Assembly: GCA_963724765.1 (NCBI GenBank)
Contig: CAVRVY010000004.1
Location: 1,440,001-1,504,000, forward strand
Reading direction: 5' to 3'
From: an uncultured delta proteobacterium
GTDB lineage: Bacteria > Desulfobacterota > Binatia > Binatales > Binataceae
DNA: 64,000 bases
Part shown: positions 57,310 through 64,000 of the stretch, piece after piece
How the letters are laid out: each line of letters starts with the position of its first letter
How positions within the stretch are numbered: position 1 is the stretch's first letter
Notes under the pieces: generated by a model
The model's input: only the letters and a program-made list of their open reading frames with translations
Told to the model about the DNA's origin: nothing
The model's database searches: none
Translations under genes and position numbers: made by a program

Positions 57310-57995
57310 GCAGACGACGCAAATCGTTGACTGCGGATTACTTTGAAGCTCTTTACGCCGTGGAGCCCGATCCTTGGCGATTTGCGACCAGCCGCTATGA
57401 GCGCCGCAAATATGCCGCGACGCTGGAGGCACTGGATGATCGTGAATTTCATGCCGCGTTCGAGGTCGGCTGCTCGATCGGTGTTTTTACCCGGCAACTC
57501 GCGCGCCACTGCCGCTCACTCCTCGCTGTCGACGTGGCAGAGCGAGCGTTGGAACAAGCGCGTCACAATTGCAAGGGGTTGCAACAGGTGCGCATCGAAC
57601 GGATGCAAATACCCGCGGAGTGGCCGGACGTTGAATTGGACCTGATTGTGTTCTCAGAGGTCCTTTATTACCTCAGCAAGGAGGATATCAACCGTGCCGC
57701 TGCACGCTCCGTAGTCAGTTTGGCGCCGGGCGGACTTATCCTGCTGGTGCATTGGACTGGTCAGACCGACTATCCATGCCAGGGACACGAAGCGGTTGCG
57801 CACTATCTCGAAGCTTGCGGTGACGAGGTCCGGCCTCTGCTCCATCGTCAAGAGCCGAGGTACCGCCTGGACTTGCTGATGCGAAAAGAGCCGAATCGAG
57901 GCCGCCGCCCTCGGCGCACGCATGCAAAATCTGGCGGGCTCGTTCGATCTCGTATTCAAGATCGACTACCGCAACTCTTCGCTTCACGAGCTTAG
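57306..57995 (+). CDS. NodS-like SAM-dependent methyltransferase
   Basis: DPWRFATSRYERRKY, EVGCSIG, FSEVLYYL, VHW. Confidence 0.9.
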   Translation: MSRRRKSLTADYFEALYAVEPDPWRFATSRYERRKYAATLEALDDREFHAAFEVGCSIGVFTRQLARHCRSLLAVDVAERALEQARHNCKGLQQVRIERMQIPAEWPDVELDLIVFSEVLYYLSKEDINRAAARSVVSLAPGGLILLVHWTGQTDYPCQGHEAVAHYLEACGDEVRPLLHRQEPRYRLDLLMRKEPNRGRRPRRTHAKSGGLVRSRIQDRLPQLFASRA

Positions 57996-58973
57996 GACTC
58001 CGTGATTCAATGCGCGCCCAAGCTGCGCCGAAATGGGGCAATGACATTGCTTTTCGAATCTCTTCGGAAGGCATCAGCAGAGCTCGCGACAGTACCGGCA
58101 GGCGGGGTGCTAATTCCTCTCGTATTCCCCACGCCGCGCGGGCGAATTTTCGCAGACAGGCTCGCCAAGTGGCGTTGAAGGCTGGTTCCAGGCGATCGTC
58201 GAGCATCTTATCCGGTTGGATAATTCGGCGGCGAATCGTATCCGCCATACCACCTGCTGCACGCCCCACAATTCGCCCAGATACTACGACACGAACCTCG
58301 GGGGCGTGACGGATGCGAGCATCGACGTGCCGCAGCGCTTCGAAAAAGGCGCGGTCTTCGCCCAAAGCAACCTGCGGGATGCCGCCGGCCCGGCGGTATT
58401 CATTGACGGTCACGGCGATGCTCGCGCCAGAATGCTCGCTATGGCGAGGCCACGGGTCAATGGGATCGGAGTCGAGACGGGCGTGAATCTCGTCCAATAG
58501 GGCGGCGTAGCGCACTCCCGTGCGTCATCCTCGTGGAGCTTCGGCGGTATAAGTGCCGCGTCTACAGGATCGATCTCAATGCGACCGAAGACGGCGTCGG
58601 CGCCTTGCCGTAGTGCGAGAAGATTGCCGGCAATCCAATTGGTACAGACGCACGCGTCCGCGTCTGTTGTAAGCAACACTCCCTTGGGCGTTACAAGTTT
58701 TTCGGCAGCCTGCATTGCCAGACGGCGAGCGTAGCCGGCGGTCGCTTTTTCAGTAGGAAGACAGACCTCGAATTGGTGAATCCGAATGGGCAAATCGTGC
58801 GCCAGGTTTCTTACGACCAAAGCAGTATCGTCCGAGCAGTTATTGAGCAACAGCACGACTCGATGGTCTGATACGCCCGACTGCAGCGACAAAGCCCGCA
58901 AGCAACGCGCGATATGATCAGCTTCGTCCTTAACGGGTATCGCGATCACAACAGAAGGCTGTTCTTCGGGCAT
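57736..58973 (-). pseudogene. GT2 glycosyltransferase with a 1-nt deletion near 58510 (or a sequencing error)
   Basis: IPVKDE, NNCSD and TTDAD in the 5' ORF; GASIAV..YRRAGG, GEDRA and VSGR..GRA.GGMAD in the 3' ORF. Adding one base gives DDARECAYAALLDE. Confidence 0.82.
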
Positions 58974-59064
58974 TTACAATTACAATCTGCCCTAGGAAGG
59001 CAGACTTCGCTCAAGCATCGCGACCGATAGGAATTTTTGCGTCATTGGCATCTTCGGTATATGC

Positions 59065-59080
59065 AGCAATTTTCCTGCCA
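59065..59080 (-). promoter_or_regulatory. Sigma54 -24/-12 promoter for the GT2 gene
   Basis: Minus strand TGGCAGG-AAAA-TTGCT. Confidence 0.6.
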
Positions 59081-59329
59081 TCTATTCTGCCGCTCATCTT
59101 GGTGGTTACCGGACGCGATTAGACACATTTGCACGCGGGAGACGAGATGGTGGCCGCGTTACCGATGAAAATATATCTGACGTCAGCAAAAATCGCTTCT
59201 AAGAAAGTGAGGCCAGATGAGCGCCTGGTCAATGGCGCCGTAGAGGTGTACTGCTAACGGGCTACTGCTTTTGCAACTTTTCAATTCTTTATGCGTTTTA
59301 GCAGTGCCTGATAACTGAAAAGCCCTCTA

Positions 59330-59680
59330 GGAAAGTATCTCGGTGGTTTGTTGCCAGCCGGAATTGCTTCTTCAGGCTGCAGACTTTGTTTTATCGATCG
59401 GCATTATCGCTTGTTTGTTCTGAGCTATGTACAGATTCCTGCCGAAGGCCACAATAAAACGGCGTAATGTGTGGGTCAGCGCGATTGTGACTTCATTCCT
59501 TTTCAAAGTAGGGAAGCTGGGTATAGGCAAAAGCGCTGCCGGTTCCTCCTGCGGTGCTGCCGGATCAATGCTTGTGCTTTTGCTCTGCGTTTACTATTCG
59601 GGCTGATTTTTTACTTCGGAGCAGAGTTTACGAAAGTGTATACTTACCGATATCGCTCACGACAAATTGCAGGGCAATCG
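59330..59680 (+). pseudogene. Decayed YihY/BrkB-family membrane protein gene
   Basis: LF*AMYRFLPKATIKRRNVWVSAIVTSFLF.VGK...GAAGSMLVLLLCVYYS, a frameshift, then IFYFGAEFTKVY; in-frame stop plus indels. Confidence 0.75.
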
Positions 59681-61957
59681 ACGGTGGAGCGATCCGAGGT
59701 CGTCAAGCGCAGGAGTCCAGAATCGGCTGAGCCAGAATCCGACCGAGCGAGGATGGTCCGAGATGAAACTAGGACGACCGGGGCCTACTTGACAAAGAGT
59801 GTGGCTGCTCCTGGCGGAACACAGAGAAACCAGCAGGTCTGTCGTTGGGTCGAGGGGCTTGTTCATGTGACGATCACAGCCCGCTTCCAGTGAGCGCTGC
59901 TGATCCTCTTTCTGTCCATAACCGGAAGCGGCAATTATTATCAGCCGACCGCCCGTCGGCTGTGCGCGCAACCTTCGAGCGACTTCGTAGCCATCAATAA
60001 CCGGCAGCCCGATGTCGAGCAACACTGCGTCGGGACGAAAATCTGATGTTAGCTTGATTGCAGCATCGCCATCGTACGCCAACTGCACTTCGAAACCCGA
60101 CCACTGCAGCAATTGAGCTACAGTCTGCGCCGCGTCTTGATTGTCATCCACCACTAAAACTCGAAGTCCATTGCATGGCGCCTGCGACACCTGCGGCCGC
60201 GCGGATTCAGCTGATGAAAGCCCCTTGTCATGCAACAGTGGCACTCTGATGACGAATTCACTTCCTTTATTAGGTCCAGCACTGTAGGCATCCACGCTGC
60301 CGCCATGTAAATCGATCAGATGTCGTACCAAGGTAAGGCCGACGCCAAGGCCGTCATGAAGAGAATTGGGTGGACGCTCGCCCTGAGCGAAAAGATCGAA
60401 AATGTTTGAAAGCATCTTCCTCGAAATCCCGGCGCCACTATCAGCCACTCGGAAAACTACTTCATTGTCCTCCTGATAGGCGGCAAGAGAGATCGATCCG
60501 CCTTCGGGAGTGTACCTCGCGGCGTTGTTCAACAAGTTGCCCAAAACTTGAGCGATGCGGCCCGGATCGGCTTTTATCCACAATGGCCGCGGCGGAGCTG
60601 AGATGGTGAAATGATGCCTGCGGGAGTCAAGCAGCGGTTTGCTGATCTCGACCGCAGTACGAATCGCTTCGGAGACTTCGAGAGGCTCGAGCTGGAGTTC
60701 AATCTTGCCGCGCGTAATCCGCGAGACGTCCAGGAGATCGTCGACTAAGCGTCCAAGATGCTTCACTTGGCGCTCGAGGACCCCTTGGGTCCAGCTCAAC
60801 CGCTCAGGATCCGAACCCACGACACGCAGCAACTCGGCAGCATTTCGGATCGGCGTCAACGGATTACGTAATTCATGGCCCAGCATGGCAAGAAATTCGC
60901 TCTTGTGGCGGTCTGCATCCTGAAGCTGCCGATATAGCTGCGCATTGTCCAAAGCGATGGCTGCGCGGCCAGTCAAATCCTCCAACAATAACAAGTCCGG
61001 ACCGCTGAACAAGCGAGCGACAGAACCCACGGCAAAGCACACCACTCCCACAATGCGGCTTCGGGCGCTCAGCGGAAAGATCGCTCCTGAACGAAGCGTT
61101 GGGACATCGGCCAATCGACCTTGATCGGCCTCTGTTCCGAGCATCTGCTCTCCAAACGGTGGGGTCGAATCGTTATTCTCGAAAAACTGCGGCTTGCGCG
61201 TGGCGAGCGCCTGTTCGACTCCCGGCCCGAGTGGCGCAGGAAGTATTTCGGTCGAGATGTTGCCCTGCAGCCCGCCCGCGGTTATCCACGCGAGTTCAGT
61301 CCTCTCGAGTCCGCCACGTTCCGTGACAGACGTGAAGCTGCAAAAGTCAGCCAGAGAAGGAACTACCAAGGAGAACAGTTCATGCACCGTGGTCCAGAAA
61401 TCAAGTGAACTGAAGAGCGCCCTCGTGGCGTCGGCCAGCAGAATGGAACGCCGGCTCGCCTCCTCCGCGGCCGCGCGCGCCGCCTGTTCTCTAACCAACG
61501 CGATGCGTTCGTCAACCTGCCGCTTGGCGGCTTGCGTCATACAATACAGATCGACGAACACTTTTACCTTTGTCCGTAATATTTCCGGGATCACCGGAGA
61601 AAGGATGTAATCAACGGCTCCTAGCGAGTATCCCTGCATGGTAAGCATTTCGTCGGGATAGGCAGTGATGAAAATAATTGGGGTATGCGCCGATCTTTTG
61701 CGTTTGCGTATCAACGCAGCGGTCTCTAGGCCATCGAGGCCAGGCATATTCACGTCCAGCAGGACGACCGCGAATTCATGTTCGAGCACTAATTTCAGAG
61801 CTTCCTCGCCGGAGCCCGCAGTGATTATCTCTTGTTCCAGCTCCTGCAGAATCGATTCGAATGCCAAGAGCTTATCCGGGCGGTCGTCTACCACCAGGAT
61901 TTTGGCGTCATGGTCTTCAGGGTCGTATAGCCGAGACCCACCAGTCATGGCTCCCAT
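59657..61957 (-). CDS. Hybrid histidine kinase REC-GAF-HisKA-HATPase-REC
   Basis: ILVVDDRPDKL..LLDVNMP; RAAIALDNAQLY; LGHELRNPL; GLGVGL; LVVDDN..LLDIGLP. Confidence 0.92.
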   Translation of the reverse strand: MGAMTGGSRLYDPEDHDAKILVVDDRPDKLLAFESILQELEQEIITAGSGEEALKLVLEHEFAVVLLDVNMPGLDGLETAALIRKRKRSAHTPIIFITAYPDEMLTMQGYSLGAVDYILSPVIPEILRTKVKVFVDLYCMTQAAKRQVDERIALVREQAARAAAEEASRRSILLADATRALFSSLDFWTTVHELFSLVVPSLADFCSFTSVTERGGLERTELAWITAGGLQGNISTEILPAPLGPGVEQALATRKPQFFENNDSTPPFGEQMLGTEADQGRLADVPTLRSGAIFPLSARSRIVGVVCFAVGSVARLFSGPDLLLLEDLTGRAAIALDNAQLYRQLQDADRHKSEFLAMLGHELRNPLTPIRNAAELLRVVGSDPERLSWTQGVLERQVKHLGRLVDDLLDVSRITRGKIELQLEPLEVSEAIRTAVEISKPLLDSRRHHFTISAPPRPLWIKADPGRIAQVLGNLLNNAARYTPEGGSISLAAYQEDNEVVFRVADSGAGISRKMLSNIFDLFAQGERPPNSLHDGLGVGLTLVRHLIDLHGGSVDAYSAGPNKGSEFVIRVPLLHDKGLSSAESARPQVSQAPCNGLRVLVVDDNQDAAQTVAQLLQWSGFEVQLAYDGDAAIKLTSDFRPDAVLLDIGLPVIDGYEVARRLRAQPTGGRLIIIAASGYGQKEDQQRSLEAGCDRHMNKPLDPTTDLLVSLCSARSSHTLCQVGPGRPSFISDHPRSVGFWLSRFWTPALDDLGSLHRRLPCNLS

Positions 61958-61998
61958 ATCATCGACCTCTCACCCAGTTCAGCTCCGATTCTTCGGGT

Positions 61999-64000
61999 TC
62001 AACGATGCAGCCAGGAGCGCAGGACGGCCAGCAGGATATCCGTGTCCACCGGTTTTGACAGATAGTCCCAGGCGCCAGCTTCCATGCACTTTTCGCGATC
62101 GCCCTTCATAGCCTTGGCAGTAACCGCAACGATCGGCAGATCCTTGCAATGCTGGAATTTGCGAATTTCCAGCATCGTGTCAATTCCGTCCATCTCCGGC
62201 ATCATAATGTCCATTAGAACGATGTCAACGGGCGATTTTTCCGCCAACAGTCGAATTGCATCGCGACCATTATCTGCGGAAACGACGTTCATACCCTGTT
62301 CTTCGAGCACTGAGGAAAGCGCGAAAATATTGCGCATATCATCGTCGACAATCAGAACGTTTTTGCCAGCCAGGATGTCGGTTGAATGATAGAGCGCGTC
62401 CAACACCTGGTACTGGGCCTCGGGAAGCTTTTCGAGTTTGCGATGAAGAAAGAGACTGACCTGATCCAGCAAGCGTTCCTTAGAATGGATCGGACGAATG
62501 ACGGGGCCACCAGTCGAGACGTGCAACGCGCTGCTACTAGCTCCGTTACAATCGCTGTCAGTTATTTTACTATAGGCAATAATCGGAAGATTGGAAACGA
62601 GCGACTCGGATTCGGACGATTGCATCAATGCCGCCAAACCAGACGTCTCTGGATTGACGATTATGCAGTCGATCAATCTTTCGCGTAGCATCTCGAGCGC
62701 GCTCGCTGCGTCCGGGACGCTGGTTATCTGTATATCCTCAGCCCTGAGATACTGCACAGTGCGTTCCCGGCTCTCCTCTTTTGGCTCAACTACGAGCACG
62801 CTTTTGAATTGCCGCGTTATGTAGTCGTTCAGGCGGGCCAGGAACGCATCCAGGATATCCTTGCTATGCACCGGCTTGGATAGGAACGCCAACGCCCCGC
62901 TGCTCAGCGCCCGTTCACGAGAATCGTCGATTGAGATCACGCATACCGGTATATGACGGCTCGTTAGATCGCTCTTGATGCGGTCCAAAACTCGCCAACC
63001 GTCGAGGTCGGGCAGATAGATGTCCAGGGTTATGGCGGAAGGTTTGTACTCCATGGTCAACGCCAATGCCGAGGCGCCGAGCGAAGTAACTATGCCTTTA
63101 AACCCTTTCTCGCGGGCCGCTCCAGTAAAAAGCGCGCGAAGGCAAGATCATTTTCCACTATCAATAGGACTCGGTCATCCTGCCGGATGCTGGCGCGATC
63201 GTCGCCGACTTCGTCAATAGGCTTGACGGTGTCGGGCGTAGCGGAAGCGACTGCCGGAGTTGTATGCGCCTCCAACACCTCATTTACACTTCCCACGACT
63301 TGCTGAAGGTCACCGGTATGATACACGTTGCGCTCGTCCGTTTATTCCCTCGCGTTGAGAAGCCGCCGGAGCAGTATCTGTACCGTTGTGGTAACCGGAA
63401 GTGGCTGGAATGGATTTGCGGAAGGCGCGCGGGGGTGAATAGGTCTGTGGCAAGTACAGCGTGAACGTACTGCCTCTGGCCGGAGTGCTGATCAGGCGGA
63501 TCTCTCCGCCCAGCAACCTGGATAGCTCACGGCTGATTGCCAGCCCCAAACCGGTCCCGCCATATTTACGACTGGTGCTCCCATCCGCCTGTTGGAAGGC
63601 TTCGAATATAATCTGCTGCTTGTCAGCGGAGATACCGATTACCCGTATCGGCGACCGAAAAAGCCACCACGTTCACGGCACGGTTGAGATCTTCATTTTC
63701 CGGATTCCACCCGCTTTGGACCGCCTCGATCGCCAGCTTTACCTGGCCACTCTGGGTGAACTTAAACGCGTTCGAAAGCAGGTTCTTGATTATCTGCTGC
63801 AGCCGTTTGGCGTCGGTCAGCATGGAGGCTGACAGTCGGGGGTCCAGACGGATCATGAAATCGACATTCTTGGCCTCTGCCACGTGGCGGAAAGTGCGTT
63901 CCACGTATTGCTGCAGCTCATCGAATTCCACCTCGCTCGGATCCACCATAACTGTGCCCGACTCGATCTTTGAGAGGTCCAGGATATCGTTGATGAGCAT
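61999..64000 (-). CDS. C-terminal part of a large hybrid histidine kinase (HATPase plus three REC domains); three apparent frameshifts; 5' end outside the window
   Basis: [27 protein letters not shown](I)[44 protein letters not shown]; frame breaks near 63639, 63310-63400 and 63120. Confidence 0.85.

Noticed and set aside
63090-63640. Programmed ribosomal frameshifting in the hybrid kinase
   Set aside because: Three shifts of mixed sign without slippery heptamers fit sequencing error or decay better.
1-64000. CRISPR arrays, tRNA, rRNA, IS elements
   Set aside because: I saw no regularly spaced repeats, cloverleaf/T-loop signatures, rRNA-like tracts or transposase ORFs on reading; no computational scan was run.

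Overview
A GC-rich bacterial chromosomal segment. Gene content (many luciferase-like monooxygenases, VOC/SnoaL proteins, a small 'ERRLLFAVLEDA' protein) suggests a Deltaproteobacteria-like soil lineage such as Ca. Binatota; this is an inference. I found no rRNA, tRNA, CRISPR array, integrase or transposase. In order, the window holds: an FNR-like reductase and 2Fe-2S ferredoxin divergent from lexA; aguB/aguA; a MarR-associated 11.7-kb catabolic island (Rieske oxygenase alpha/beta, ornithine cyclodeaminase-like protein, bicupin dioxygenase, DapA-like aldolase, LLM monooxygenase, PhdK-like ALDH, pyridine-dicarboxylate decarboxylase-like protein, and a convergent SDR plus MetE-like pair carrying a related palindrome) that reads like an undescribed N-heteroaromatic degradation route; a NarL-type two-component system with candidate boxes before amtB; an unannotated PrdB/GrdB-like selenoprotein (in-frame UGA, UxxC, SECIS hairpin); ExeA-LysM; a molybdoenzyme; a fluoride riboswitch controlling a DUF190-CBS gene and crcB; two paralogous Cys-rich secreted proteins; and a visibly more AT-rich right end (about 49.4-64 kb) with excisionase-like HTH genes, pseudogenes, a B12 radical SAM enzyme, an ACAD/PIG-L/NodS/GT2 cassette and hybrid kinases. 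About seven sigma54-type -24/-12 sites precede genes. Several single-base frameshifts may be sequencing errors. All family calls come from motif recognition, not database searches.
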